Assembly (NCBI GenBank): GCA_965637545.1
Contig: OZ281500.1
Span: 23,560,001-23,624,000 of the forward strand
Direction: 5' to 3'
Source of the DNA: Phallusia mammillata
Taxonomy: Eukaryota
DNA: 64,000 nucleotides
The notes below the pieces were generated by a model, which saw only the letters and a list, made by a program, of their open reading frames with translations, searched no databases and had not been told where the DNA came from. A program made the translations under genes and the position numbers. Shown here one piece after another: positions 1-12,610 of the stretch. Positions within the stretch are counted from its first letter, which is position 1, and every line of letters starts with the position of its first letter.

Positions 1-1084
1 CTTGATTCAGATCATAAGATCACGGGTTCTAACCCCGTCTTGATGCTAGCGGATCTTTGTATGAACGAAATGTCAGATCAACATCATGAACCAATCTAAC
101 ATTCACCAAAAAGGGGCGTAACCAGAGTTTAATGCGTTATTAATTATTGCTGTCATATAATGAATGCTCTAATGGAAATGTCGACAAATATGGATAACAG
201 TGTAAGCTTCACTGGAGTGTAAACAATTCACTATTTGTTTTAATCTAAACTGATCTCCATAAGTAAGCTCCATATGACAACATTGCAGCTAATATTGATC
301 GAATAACCCAATGAGTGAAAATTGAATAGAAATGAAATTCAACATTTGAAGATAGTTTTGCAAATTACATGGAGCCTAGCGCCAAAGAACAGCTCTCTTT
401 AAGACAAAAGGGTGAAATGTTGTAAGTTAGTTTCAAAATTCGAAAACCACTTACATTTTCCAGCAAGACAATACATAGCCGATTATAGCGAGAAAAACAT
501 TTAGCTTAATCTTAATTCTAAAACAATGCAGTATTTGTCTTAAACTAATTGTCGATTACAAACAAAGCCAATAAATTTAAGTTAAAAAATGAAGTCATTC
601 TTTCTCAGATACATACATTTCACTTCAATAGCATTATCAGTATCAGCAAACAAGTAGACAAGTTTAAAAAAAAGTTACGTTGAAAGACACGTTTCGAGCA
701 AAAAAAGCGTGAAAAAGTAATTAATGAATGTTAACTGCTCGTATGGATACAGATATCTCAGTCTAATCTGTATACGATGTAAACACTTGGGTGTGTTGAC
801 CGGATGAAGATAAGGCGATAAATCCGAGCAAATCCCTGCTCCGGATATGCGCGTGCACGCACACACAACACAAGCTCATGCGCATACATGTGTGTGCGTT
901 TGTTTACAATGTTGCTGTGTATATGATACACCCATGACCATGCCGTCGAGAGTCGAAAACATGCAAGGCTCGCTGTGAAGGAATGCTGCTAGAGTAGCGA
1001 AAATAGCGGAGTTTTACGAGTCTGAGCACCCAGAGATAATGCCAACCTCAAATTACTGACAGCTTCCGGATGCAGGTGACTCAC

Positions 1085-1111
1085 CATATAAAAACGTGTT
1101 TTGTGTTGAAC
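1085..1111 (-). CDS. Candidate 27-nt microexon of a minus-strand gene running off the left edge
   Basis: On the minus strand: cttaaaccacttctcag|GTTCAACACAAAACACGTTTTTATATG|gtgagt. Strong acceptor and donor, length a multiple of 3, all three frames open. Confidence 0.45.
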
Positions 1112-1360
1112 CTGAGAAGTGGTTTAAGGGTTGTTATGAAGTTTAGGAATGTCGGTTTGAAAATGATTGACAACTCGTTTTTTGTGCACAATTTGGGAAT
1201 GTGCTTTTGAGTGTAAAAACTGTAAATTTATACAATCCCCAAATCTACTCACAAAATACAAATGCAAATTAACTGTGAGGGCAAGATTTGACTTGTGCAA
1301 ATAGGTTTGTATTGTGTAAAGTTACTAAAATCATCTTGCGGATAAATTTTCGAACAACTA

Positions 1361-1392
1361 CTGATGACATCTTGATATGTTGTCGAAACGTT
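1361..1392 (+). ncRNA. Degenerate minimal hammerhead ribozyme motif (family C)
   Basis: CTGATGA 1361-67; GACA/TGTC stem-II remnant at 1366-69/1381-84; GAAAC-GTT 1385-92. Looks like CTGATGATGACA with one TGA deleted. Stem I is poor. Confidence 0.5.
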
Positions 1393-1636
1393 GCAAATCA
1401 ACGATGTATTTTTGTAGGAAAAATATTTTTTATCCCGGCAAAGGACTCGTAAATTCACGACAAACAAAGTTCACTCGCATAAATATCTTGACACAGAAGC
1501 AATTTGCTCGGTAAAATTCCTAACTAAAAAAGCCGGATTTGGGCAATCGAAAAACCGTCAGAAATTTGCAGAGCTTAAAATGTCAACCTTTTTTTAAAAA
1601 AAGACAAAGATAAATAACAGTTGAAACGCACCTTAC

Positions 1637-1800
1637 TTGGACGCGATCAACACCAAGAAAAGAACAAACATTCTGACCTGAGCAGCCGTCCTGGCACGTG
1701 TAATGACAGATTATTGCCCTAAACCCGCCCATAATCGGTAGTAAACAGAGAAATAGTCGCTCGGAGTGCTCAAAGTGGCGAAGGTCTTCCAAAACGGAAG
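1637..1800 (-). other. Candidate first (5') exon of a minus-strand transcript; 5' end uncertain
   Basis: GC-richer segment ending in the strong donor CCAA|gtaagg (intron starts at 1636). ETS-like CGGAAGTG and E2F-like TTTGGCG lie at its upstream edge. Confidence 0.3.
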
Positions 1801-2850
1801 TGATTTGGCGTTCAATTTGAAGGTTACACGTGTACGGTTTCCCCTACAACACTGTGCAATCGATATTGTTTGTTTGCCAACAGAAGCGAATCCAGGAGCT
1901 AAAACGCAAGCTTTTCCAGTTATGCAGGTGTGAGGATGAAGTGATGTAATACGTGTTTCCATTTAAGCTCACAAACCATCTACCATAGCTGATGTGTTTG
2001 TTTATAGCGAAAACAATGCAGTAGAAATTCACTGCTCAAGAGATGATATCTACTTAATGTTAAATATAGAAATGATGCGACGCGTGTCTCCACATGATTT
2101 TTTACGCATCGACACGACTAGGTCCTGCTGTTACTTTGGCTTCTTGTGTTTGTTTACTACAGGAAACTCACGGCGCAACAAACTTTCCATTGAATATTAA
2201 AAAGTATGTTTTGCATTGTAGTACTGTACGGGTATTCCCAACAGTGAGAAGGTTTTACATAAACTTGAATTGATGTTTTTTTACGCCCTGGCAAAAACTC
2301 TTCAACAACAATAAAAGTCAATCGAAAATACATTATGTACGACTAACTGCAAGAAACGTGACGTCAAAACATTGTGACTTCAGCGCAAGTTGAAAATTTT
2401 GAAAAGGTTAAACGAAAACCACCGCAGGTGCAGAAATAAAACTTGTCCAAACGAGGGTTATTGCAAATCCTGATTTGCATTCAAATTACATCCAGAAAAC
2501 AATCAGCCTGATTCGACCTCGACAAAGTTCAAAACCTCAAACGTCGCGCGCCAAAGTGGTAGTGGGGGGAAGCAATCTGTCAATTCAAGAATCAAATAAT
2601 CGAAGCTTTCCCACGCCGCGGTGTTTTGGCGCCGAACACTATAGAATTCTTATCAGCGATAAGCTTTCCCGAATTGGAAAGCAATCGAACGGGGAGAGCA
2701 AAACAAATTCGGCTCTCGAGATCGGATTCCAAAACTTAAACAGCGTCGCGCGGACGCCATTGTGACGTCACAGAAGAGAGCCACCGACGTCGAAGTGATC
2801 CTGCAATTACAGCGCGCGCGTTGGGTGGCAGAGGCCAAAGTTCGTGCACC
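1790..2850. promoter_or_regulatory. CpG-rich, probably bidirectional promoter region
   Basis: Local CpG enrichment (2500-2850); E2F-like GCGCGCCAAA and TTTTGGCGCC; CRE palindromes TGACGTCA near 2359 and 2763; YY1-like CGCCATT; ETS-like CGGAAGTG. Candidate exons diverge on both sides. Confidence 0.45.
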
Positions 2851-3047
2851 GGATGCAAGGTTTCAGCGATGCAGGGAAACAAGCCACAAAAGGTGGTGAT
2901 TGTGATTTATCCCTTTGCCGATGCAAAGCGATATTAACTGTACAAGACCACGCAAGGCGCTGTTTTGCCTCTTTAGGCGTTGATCCCGAATTGAAGGTTG
3001 TATTTTTGTCACATTTAAGGTGTTATTATCTCCGCTCCCACGCTCTA

Positions 3048-3143
3048 ATGATGGTGTCTGCAAGAGTAGTAAGTGCCAAAAGTTCTTCAGAAAGTCAAAG
3101 CCCAAAACGCGAGATACAATTTGGTGCAAACAGGACTTTTGAG
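3048..3143 (+). CDS. Candidate first coding exon of an unidentified plus-strand gene (MMVSARVVSAKSSSESQSPKREIQFGANRTFE)
   Basis: ATG just downstream of the CpG-rich promoter; 32 codons ending at GAG|gtaaag (phase 0). Confidence 0.3.
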
Positions 3144-4023
3144 GTAAAGAAAGAAACATTGCATTTGAACTTTACAAACAATGTAGACCAGTTTACAGTT
3201 AGTTTTTGAAAGTAATTTGTTGCCTTTCCGGTCTTAGCGAAATCTATAAGCGACAACAACCGCAAAACTGTAAAAACTGGTCCAAAAAAGTCAACATATA
3301 GAATGATGCAAACTGCAAACAATTATACAGCGATATCAGACCATATACTCTATAACGTTGTGCCTCACTTCTCCATGTCTTGTTACTTGCAAATTAACTT
3401 CACAAATTTGTAACTTGAGAAATTGATACAGGTTAAAATCAGACAAGAAAACGTGACAAATTTTTATCGCCTTACCTCGCGAGCCCATTTCAAACATCTC
3501 CAACTTGACTTCCTTTGGGGCTTCGATTTTTGCATTTAATAATCCAGTTTTGCCAAAACAGCATTAAAAAGTTGACGAACATGCCATTACACAAGACCAT
3601 ACAGTCTTCTATATGATGTAATAAGCATTGTTTGTGGATGATAATTGATACACAATCGGCTCGGGTGTATATCATTGTTGCCATTTCACATAGGACACGA
3701 TTTAGGCGTTGAAATCTATTACAAGCCTTCCAACTTTCACGAAGATATTTACCTATGGAAATTCGACGCTACGTCATCGACAGACGTTGTAACATTTCAC
3801 AACGAAACCTTTAGTTGAATGTTGAAAGTTGATTGGTTCAACAAAGACTCATTTTAAAACGCTATTTTCCCGCCATAAAAAACACATATTAGAACTTCAG
3901 ATCCAATGATTCCCAAAAGGTTATTGTTTGAAGAAAAAAATTACTGTAAGAAATTCTGTTAAGCAACATTGGCCGGTGATGTCTTGAAGTAGTGGACATT
4001 TTTTTGATGAGCGTGTTTCGATT

Positions 4024-4039
4024 CTTATTCAAATAGAAG
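4024..4039 (-). other. Spliced-leader-like 16-mer (15/16 match to ATTCTATTTGAATAAG)
   Basis: Minus strand reads CTTCTATTTGAATAAG followed by AATCG, with no GT donor. Confidence 0.6.
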
Positions 4040-4641
4040 GCCGAATTTGATTGGCTGCTTCTATGTGGCTCGTCTAAATGCTGATTGCGATTTTTGTGCA
4101 AGCTCCGGAGCAGAAAAATTTGGACGATTTGCAGTTGGGAAGTTGGAAAATAAAGATAAGTTTTCTTTCACTGTCTGTCATACTTGAATATTTTTATGGA
4201 TGACAAATTTGGGTTTTGGAAGAGTTGACATACCCAATAACTCACGTATGTATTTCTCTAAGACAAAAGTTGTTTTTTGCAAAGCTGAATGTTAAAAGAT
4301 GTTGCTTACCAAAGTGTACCAAATATCGTATGTAAGTAGTTCTATAAAGTTCAATGGACACAATGCTTAGGTGCTTTTGTGCAAAGCTGAATTAAGATGG
4401 TGCAACAAAAAAAAACCTAACCAAATGCATTACAGTTGCACGGGCATCTCCATTAAACCAGACCGTTGAATTATTGATAACATGGCGAGACAGGAGCAAT
4501 TTCCATCTAACAGGGAGATCCTATGATAAGGTCACAAAAGTAAATACCTAAATGCATTCCTAATTAATTCCAAACTATCTATACTCAGTGACATAAAGCA
4601 GATGGTAGAATGCTCGGAATTTGAAACATCTTAGAATTTAG

Positions 4642-4859
4642 ATTGCAACAGTCAATGGCAACAACACGTTAAAACCAATTGTAAGTTCAAAGGCAATACG
4701 GCAAACTGGTTACGTGACTGAAGGTCTTCGTGACAAGTTAAACGTTTTACATAATCCAGACCTCTACAGTCTGTTTACTTTCACGTGGAAATACGTAGCG
4801 TTGTGCAAGAAAAAGAAGGCGAATGTAAAAACGTTATCATCGCAATCACGACAACACTT
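4642..4859 (+). CDS. Candidate exon(s) of the plus-strand gene: either 4642-4680 plus 4770-4859, or one 218-nt exon
   Basis: Acceptor atttag at 4641, donor gtaagt at 4681, acceptor cctctacag at 4769, donor gtgagt at 4860. The phase 0-0 reading gives IATVNGNNTLKPI / SVYFHVEIRSVVQEKEGECKNVIIAITTTL. Confidence 0.3.
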
Positions 4860-6096
4860 GTGAGTTTGTAAGACAACCACCCAAACCTCGCTACTTGAAG
4901 TTGTTTCAAGTCTGACCGCTGTGTACGACGTTACGCAGACACTAGTTAAGTGGAAAGGTTTAAATTTATCCTTGTTGGTAATGTTTGGATGATGGTCACG
5001 TGACAATATGCCACAATGCTTATGACGAAAGGTAAGCGAATTTTTGACCCGCAAAAGTGAACCAGAATTTTATAGACACAACAACAACGATTCCACTGTC
5101 GTTAATATCAAACTATTTTTGCGCATTTGCCGAACATATTCCCAACTTCAAGAAACCTTTCGTACGAAAAACAATAACTCCGTATCGAAACCACGAAGTT
5201 GTATCACAATAATGGCCACAATGGAGTTATACTCTGGTGTCAATCAACTGTCGTATGTTGCCAGTTTACACTCATGTTGTTCAGTGTTTTCAATGTAAGT
5301 ATTTGTAATCGACCGCGATAAGCCGAATACAATGGTGTCGCTGTTACGCTGCAGGTCAATGGGGTGATAAGCAACCACAGAAATTCGGCGAGTCTGCAAA
5401 ATGTTCACCGCATTTCTATAATGTTTGACTGACTGCGGTTTTGTTGGTTGTTGATCGAGTTCCGAATACACACTCGAAACAAAACCTAGCTTGTAATCAC
5501 ACGGCTACAAAACCGATCAGAAAACATTGTTTTCCTGTATTGCCAGGTGTGATGAGCTCATGGGTTGCTTAAAATACTTTTCATTATTTGTTGGCAAACT
5601 TGACATCGAGAATACAAAGTTCGCAATTCAAAGTTTGAAACTACACAAGCCATTTCCTACCTTGCTATACCACATCAAGATATTTAACTCCAACGTGTTT
5701 TTTTTTAACAGTCACACAAATTAAAGTAACAGGCTAAATAATAAGTATCTCGGATAGCACAACTGTTAAATAGATTAGCTACACAACTAACATATTTGTC
5801 ACTTAGTTTTACCTCATTTTTAACATCTAACTTTATAATAAAAAACAATAAGTCATTAATCAATAGACATCATGATCGTAGACAAAACCAATATAGGGCT
5901 TCATTTTCCTAACTTTATAAGTAGCTTGTTTGGTAAAGTTTAGATAAATGAGCATTGCACTTAAGCTCTAAATCACATCCTTATTTTACTCCTGTTATCA
6001 CATTGGGTTCCACAAAATTCGAAAGCAAAAACAAACACGTGGTCCTGACTGAAATAAATCTGCTTGCAACATTTACTCCACACGCAAACATATATA

Positions 6097-6192
6097 GGCA
6101 GACTTGTATAGGACGTCGAAACGTCGGAATAAAAAATACATTTGCAAGAAGAGCTCTATAAACTTGATATCATGCCTGGCAGCAATAGCTTG
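6097..6192 (+). mobile_element. 5'-truncated copy of hammerhead-bearing repeat family A (Penelope-like pLTR fragment)
   Basis: Near-identical to 37529-37625 (TGTATAGGACGTCGAAACGTCGGAATAAAA...GAGCTCTATAAACT...TGCCTGGCAGCAATAGCT) but lacks CTGATGA. Confidence 0.75.
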
Positions 6193-6324
6193 TATATATA
6201 GGCGGTACAGAACATTTCTACGAGGAATGTAACTTTCACTCACCAAGGGCTTGTCGAGCTTCATGTTGGCACATTTGTTGAGGACGTTCAGTCGTCTGTA
6301 AATAAATTCGAGACAATTAGATCT

Positions 6325-6392
6325 TAGAGTAGTCGGAAATATACACAAGAAGTGCAAGAGGTCACCGGTTCAAATCCCAAAGATTTTTTTAA
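6325..6392 (+). pseudogene. Degenerate tRNA-derived (SINE-like) fragment
   Basis: A-box-like TAGAGTAGTCGG, B-box GGTTCAAATCCC, then a T run. No cloverleaf. Confidence 0.4.
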
Positions 6393-6992
6393 GGCGGCCT
6401 AGTTTTGATAAATGTAAGATAAACTCCGACGTGCCAAAACGTTCCTTGCCGATAAAGGTTGGCTAGTTTGTTATTATAAAAAGTTTTGGGGCAAAGTAGC
6501 AATAATAGATCGGATAAAATAAACAAAACAGATAAAACCGCTTTGATGGCTTCAGCGTTTTTGTGTATTTTTTTGAATTAAATTTTGATGTGGTAATAAT
6601 ACCACCTAAAATAACGTAGACAATCGTAATATTGTGTTGACTTTTTGTTGTTTATAGATAAACTTGAAGTCATTTTTTTCTAAACACATCGATTTTTTGT
6701 GAACAAGTTGGAGCTTTTTAGTGTTTTTTAATTACTGGCGTTCGATTAAATGCCAGAATTAAAGCAAGCGTTATGCAACGGTTTTTGAGCCCAGTAGGAG
6801 TCAAAAGGCAGCTGCGATGTTATGTAACAAACCACGTGGCATAAGGGCAGGTGCAAGACTTGGTCAAATCCTATCAAGCGTTTCATATAAGTGGGCGAAT
6901 CGAACATCTGATTTTTTCTGGGAATTCACACAAGTTTCGAGAGCTTGTATATGGTAAAACATAAGGGTGGCAACACATGATTAGAGGTTGTA

Positions 6993-7142
6993 CATTGGTG
7001 GGATTCAACTGGTTCGCACCGGTTCTATAGAACAGTCTCACGAAATTTTATGAGATCTGCGAACCGGTTAGCATTACTGGTTACTGTCAATGAACTTTTT
7101 GTAACAGATCCGGCTGAAAAAATAAATTGAATCCCACCACTA
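6993..7142. mobile_element. hAT-type MITE
   Basis: Terminal inverted repeats CATTGGTGGGATTCAA / TTGAATCCCACCACTA; internal inverted GGTTCGCA / TGCGAACC. No TSD recognisable. Confidence 0.7.
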
Positions 7143-7843
7143 TACTATGTCCATCATATAACAAGCGAAATGTTATTGACGTATCAAACCATCATATCAC
7201 ACTCGCCTACCGAAATTTCTTGGCTGTCGTGCGTAACAATCGCACCAGTGACGTCATATTGGTTGTATGCTCAAAGCTTAGAATCAAAATTTTCAAGCAA
7301 ACACTTTGATTTGTTTTTGCAGCCCTGTATTTTTTGTAAAAGCTACTGTTAACATTTCTGAGAGTAATATATACAGAATATAAGACGAGGTTTAGAATGA
7401 ACCGGTTTAAATACAACATCATTTACAAGTCCTACAAGCTTTATTTATGACACTCTTCCTGATAAGAAAGCCCACCTAATGATTTTTACACTGTAGCTTT
7501 CAACTGTTTGGTTTAACACTTATGTTGACTGTATGAACTGTTCAAGCTATTTCGCCCTGTAATAAAACCAATTCTTAGCAGTAAAATGGGCAAAGATTTT
7601 GCCAGTTTTACACTTCTCTTAGTTTTTGCACACCTCCAAACCACCTTGCCCTATAATATTGACAAGAGTTAGTAAAATCTTTGTTGTTAATTGGGCACTG
7701 ATATTTTTAGTTTTACGATTTCTTAGTTTGTCACACACCACGAAACTACCTTGCGCTTTTTAGTGCCTTAATATTTATCCCAACTTGTTTAAACTGCTGC
7801 AATCCTTCTCAATGCCTCGAAGTCAAGTGGCAGTGTTCCTCAG

Positions 7844-8015
7844 TACCAACGTGTATTGGCCTGCAGTAAAATCAATGCCCCTATAAAGCTTAGCAGAGAT
7901 GAGGCTGGCTGGAATATTCCGTCAGGGACTTCGACATCGATTGAAGCATTGCGTAAACGGATAACGGACCTGGCCAATGTATTACAAGCAGAAACGACGC
8001 CCAGTTTTCCACATG
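7844..8015 (+). CDS. Candidate coding exon (YQRVLACSKINAPIKLSRDEAGWNIPSGTSTSIEALRKRITDLANVLQAETTPSFPH)
   Basis: Frame open 7794-8017; GC-richer than flanks; acceptor gttcctcag and donor CATG|gttagt (phase 0 to 1); coiled-coil-like segment. Confidence 0.45.
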
Positions 8016-8801
8016 GTTAGTCCAATTTCAAGTCAATGCGTGTTTTATCGATTGGGAATGTTGAAACAAGTCAAATGTAATGCATTGACACAGACAGAGG
8101 GAAATGGTTTTTGGTGCCAGATTTAAAATTTAGAAAAAGGGCTGAGCTTTTTGCGTTTAAGTAAATTAGTTTTTTTGAGTTTTTCTTCTTCTATGATTGC
8201 TAAACTATTTTTAAATTTTGGTTATTATAATTAATGTATTTTAAGTGCACAACTTGCATATACAAAGGTAGAACACTAGAGACAAACGCGGCTTTTGGTC
8301 CTAAAAACGACAATGGAAAGTAAGCCAAAATACTTGGGTGAAGCACTTAAATGTGTTGTTAACCAGTTTACCCACATTTTCCTAAAATAAGCAGCTTGGT
8401 ACACGAACTTGCAGCAATAAACCAAAGCGTATGATCGAATTCAAGTATCGTTGGCTGATCGGTTAAACTTACTTAAAAATTAGAAAGTTTGAGTCCCAAA
8501 AAAACAACATGTTTTTAAGAACGACTTCCGTTGTTTAAGCTCAGGGATTACGTAGAAAAATGCGGCAATAACACTTGCATTCTCTGCAATCCACGCAAAC
8601 GTTTTACATTCCATCACACCGCTGCAAGGCAATGACGCATAAAATGACGTTTTCCGAATAAAAGTTCGTGTGGTTCGTCCGCAAGGGAAGACAACTTAAG
8701 CTAAGTAAACCACATTTTCGCCTAAATACATTCGCAAATATCCCACAGGCACGTTCCACAACTTAGCGGTTAAATAACGGCAGCCAGGCATAAGAGCTAT
8801 A

Positions 8802-9085
8802 TGACGTCACGCAATGGAAATTCAATGCAATATTGATGTCCCTGCTAAATGGGGTAATTTAGGCGAGGTAAGTGGGGTAAAATAAAAGTAACCTGTTTCT
8901 TAAAAGGGGTGACGCACGTCGCGCATGATTGCACACAGAGCAAACAGTACCATGACGTCACGTGTGAATAGTTTATGACGTCATAGAAATGCAAATTATT
9001 TCCTTGCGAACATGCCGCGCGATTCGCACGAATGCAAAACGGACAAACACAATTGTGACGCCTCGGACAAAACTTTATGACGTCA
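8802..9085. promoter_or_regulatory. Cluster of four perfect TGACGTCA (CRE) palindromes
   Basis: TGACGTCA at 8802, 8953, 8976 and 9078, all preceded by A, in a CpG-rich block (about 8560-9320). Enhancer or repeat. Confidence 0.5.
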
Positions 9086-9445
9086 TAATCACATTTCGTC
9101 TCGCCAAAAAACGTGAGGGTCGCGATGGATTAGTTCTTTTTCCGGTTATCTAGTTGGGATCGTAAGCCGTTAACGAGCGGCTTTGCATGAAAGAAACCCT
9201 CACCATTTATTGTATTGTTTCTCGATTTGTTTGTCCAAATCGAAGTAAGGTCATACATAAAACGCAAGAATGTGATACGGTCAAATCGGAACACAACGTG
9301 ATCGCATCAACGCGTGGATTTTGTGCTGCTTATAAGTTTTGAATATCATGTAAATATGAGGTTGTGTTTATTCCCACGATAAAGTTGAACTGATGACAAA
9401 CAAATAAGGACAAAATAAATATTCTTGTCGATCAATGTTCTAACT

Positions 9446-9979
9446 CAGGGGTGTCCAACCTTTTGGACCGAAGGGCCACATGCGGTTTACGAATGATTGC
9501 GCGGGCCACTTGAGTGTTTACTGCTAATTTGTAATCTTAAAATGGCTGTCCATGTCCACTTTTCTTAGAATATTCTGTTAGCGTTACTTGCTTTTCGGTT
9601 CTTATTTGGCATAATCTACATCACTGCAGAGTGCTGAAGATATTTCACTGCTAAATGCTTTTTACGCGAGTCTCTGATATGATAACAGATGAACCTCAAT
9701 AAGGCAAGAAATATTTCTGACTGACTGACTCTTGAAGCAAGACATAACAATGCAGAAAATGTGATGCGTAACAATGTGTATTGTGACGTAATAAAAGTAA
9801 CTTGAACAGTCGTGTATTACTCTATTAACAAACAAATAAGGCAAACAATAAATGCCAATCCTCGGCATGTAAATCGCCATAAATTGGGCAGGCGTTAAAG
9901 TTCATAATATAAGTTATTTCGAAAAATACCGCGCGGGCCACTCAGAACGTTCCTGCGGGCCACGGGTTGGACACCCCTG
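9446..9979. mobile_element. hAT (Buster-type) MITE
   Basis: TIR CAGGGGTGTCCAACC / GGTTGGACACCCCTG; perfect 8-bp TSD TTCTAACT; subterminal GCGGGCCAC repeats. Confidence 0.92.
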
Positions 9980-12539
9980 TTCTAACTGAATCAGCTATCA
10001 GTTAACTTTATGTGAGGGTAAAGTGTTTAACATGTGACTGTTTTTTTTAGAAACGACAAAAAATGCTAACATATTCTGTCTATAATGTTTACACTCGCCT
10101 CTTTCGTATTTACAGGGCGTTAATTTAAACAAAGTGCTGAATTAATTGAAAAATTCCAAATTTTGCGCAACTCAGGTGTTTGAACAATTTGAAGCTTGTA
10201 ATATATTTTCGACATACACACACAAGGTCACTAAGGTCACACACAACCACATAATATCGAAAAAAGGCCCCACAGAATTCGTTTAAAGCATTGTTAACTG
10301 GCTGCTGTAAAATATTTCGGAGAGCATAAGGTCGCAAGTGAAAAGAGAACGAATCTAAGGTCGCAAAATCTAAACAAAGCTTGGAATGTCATGTCATAAA
10401 TATATCAGGCTTCATAAAATACAACAATGTTTGCAATAAGATTTATTGCATTCCATTTGCAATTGATCTATGGTGCTAATGTTACCTGGCACGAAATCCG
10501 TTTTATGTTGCGTGGCAGCCACTCCCACTAAGTTTTTAAACTTAATTTTATTATCTGATTCATGAAAAGGTTTGAAATCGCAAAAACGCCTGATGAGTTT
10601 TGCGGCACAAATCTAGCAACCCATATACATGGCTGATAGTCATTGACATTCATGCTGACCACCAACAACAACTCACAGATTGTGTACATTTTAAAACTCA
10701 CTACACGACAGAACAGACGAATCAAGTTTTTCGTCGTGGGTTCGAATCCCAAGGCAAACCAACTTTGCAGGCAGAAACCGGTCCAAAACGATTATTTTCC
10801 ATAAAGTCCGAATTAGGCCAAAAAGTTCGTTTTGCCAATGTGAAATTACAATACAAACGTTACCGATGTGTAAAGTCAGGGCCGAATTAAGCCCGCTTTT
10901 TTCAAACTTTTCCTGAACCCGGTCTAACTCTGAATGAGATCTGTTACTGTGTACATACCTCACTAGAGCTGCAAGTTGCATGTGTTCGTTGGCTAGGAAG
11001 TCATGGTCGGCACTCACACTGGTGATGTCCACAGGAAAACGACCAACTGCAAGTAAAGTAAAATTTCAATCTTATTAAACTTCTAAAAACGTATTGTTGG
11101 AATTCAAACATTGTGGTGTGTTGTTTTTACGAGAACCGGTCACAACAAGAGTTAAAATGTTTAAAAACAATTTATATTTTTAAGAAACAAACATCTCAAT
11201 GATTATTTTTATCGATTTTTGCAATATTTGCAATAAAGTTGCTTGTTAAATCAGCGATAAGTCTTTTCAATTCTATTGCGATTTAAAACATGAAGCGTTG
11301 TTATATTTTTAAAAGTCAAATCACCAGAAGCGGGATTAGAACCAAGAACTCTAAGCCTACATTACGTACACCAACATTGGGTAAAAGCAAATTTAGACAA
11401 ACTCATTACCTTCATAAAGATGCGCGTATTGGGGAAATCCGGCAGCTCTCAACCACTTGCATGCTTCCAATGCTTGGCGTTCTGAAATTCAAAACAATAC
11501 CAGGTTGTTAATGTGAAATCTAACCATATTAATTTAATGCCCCACAAAACAGAATTGCTTCAACGCATCTTCGGCGAAATCACACGGTGATGTTTTTCGA
11601 TATTCGTTTTGGATTTGAAATGTGATTGCATATTACTTAAGTAACACGTAATTTTCACTTTTGTGGGTATAGCCTCTTTGATGTGAGCCACAGAAAATAG
11701 CGGGCACGCCAGACATTCTGGTTATGTTTATGATGCTACAAAGAAGGAAAAGAATGCAAAGAAAAGAAAGAAATTGAGTACAAGACAAACAATTTCAACA
11801 CATAGTTTTGTTGTAATGAATATTCGAAGAACACTTTTGGGGGGACGAGAAAATAATCTTTGGAAACCCCAATACTTGGAAAAGAATCACAAACTGGCTA
11901 CCGCTCGAATAGACTTGAATTGCAAGTAGGGATCAAACATATTCTGCCCAACCCCAAAATATCCTTAAAACCTTCCGTCCATTCACCGACAAAACAACAC
12001 AGTTTCTCTATTTCTAATAACTACAGGGTGGATCAAAAAATTCACAGAATTCCGTTTAAAACGATGCCAAAATTTTCCCGATTTCCGCAAGTGAAAGTCA
12101 GCAAGGCCGCTCCCATCAGCCCAACCTATTACTATTCGTTCAATCTTACTGACATGTGAAATCGAGCTTTGTATGGGAAAGACCTTTGAAGCCCGACTAG
12201 CTATAAATAGCACTTTCATCTTACGATGGCAGGTCGGCAAGTTTGTTGCATTCTAGCGGAAAATTTGAATCAGAAAAAGTGCGCAGTGTTCATATGACAT
12301 AATAATCCTACAAATGTTTTCATGAAACAAAAACAGTTTTTTTTAGTTACTCGATCCTACATAGGAAATGTGTGTTCAAATCGATTGATTCTGTCTATTG
12401 AAAACAAAAGCATTTGAAGGTTTTAGACCCAAAATAGTTGTAATTGCACAAGTCAGCATTGTGTAAAATTTTTCATCAAATCAACAAATTTAGTTAAAAA
12501 CTCTTATTAAAAAAAATTAAAAATCACTTTGTGTCATGC

Positions 12540-12610
12540 ACATGTGCGGCCCGCGATCCAATTTTCACATTTACAATTGGCCCTACAGTAACAAAGGTTG
12601 CCCACCCCTG
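12540..12610. mobile_element. End fragment of a hAT MITE
   Basis: Ends in AAGGTTGCCCACCCCTG, the same TIR as 56953-57240, with GCGGCCCGCG upstream. Confidence 0.6.

Noticed and set aside
4438-5298. One plus-strand frame interrupted only by three TGAs from 4642 to 5298; similar TGA-broken frames at about 53850-54140 (+) and 61110-61420 (-). Considered Sec/Trp recoding.
   Set aside because: No selenoprotein or mitochondrial similarity, no SECIS seen, and TAA/TAG stops lie immediately upstream. Splicing, CGA->TGA decay or chance explain it more simply.
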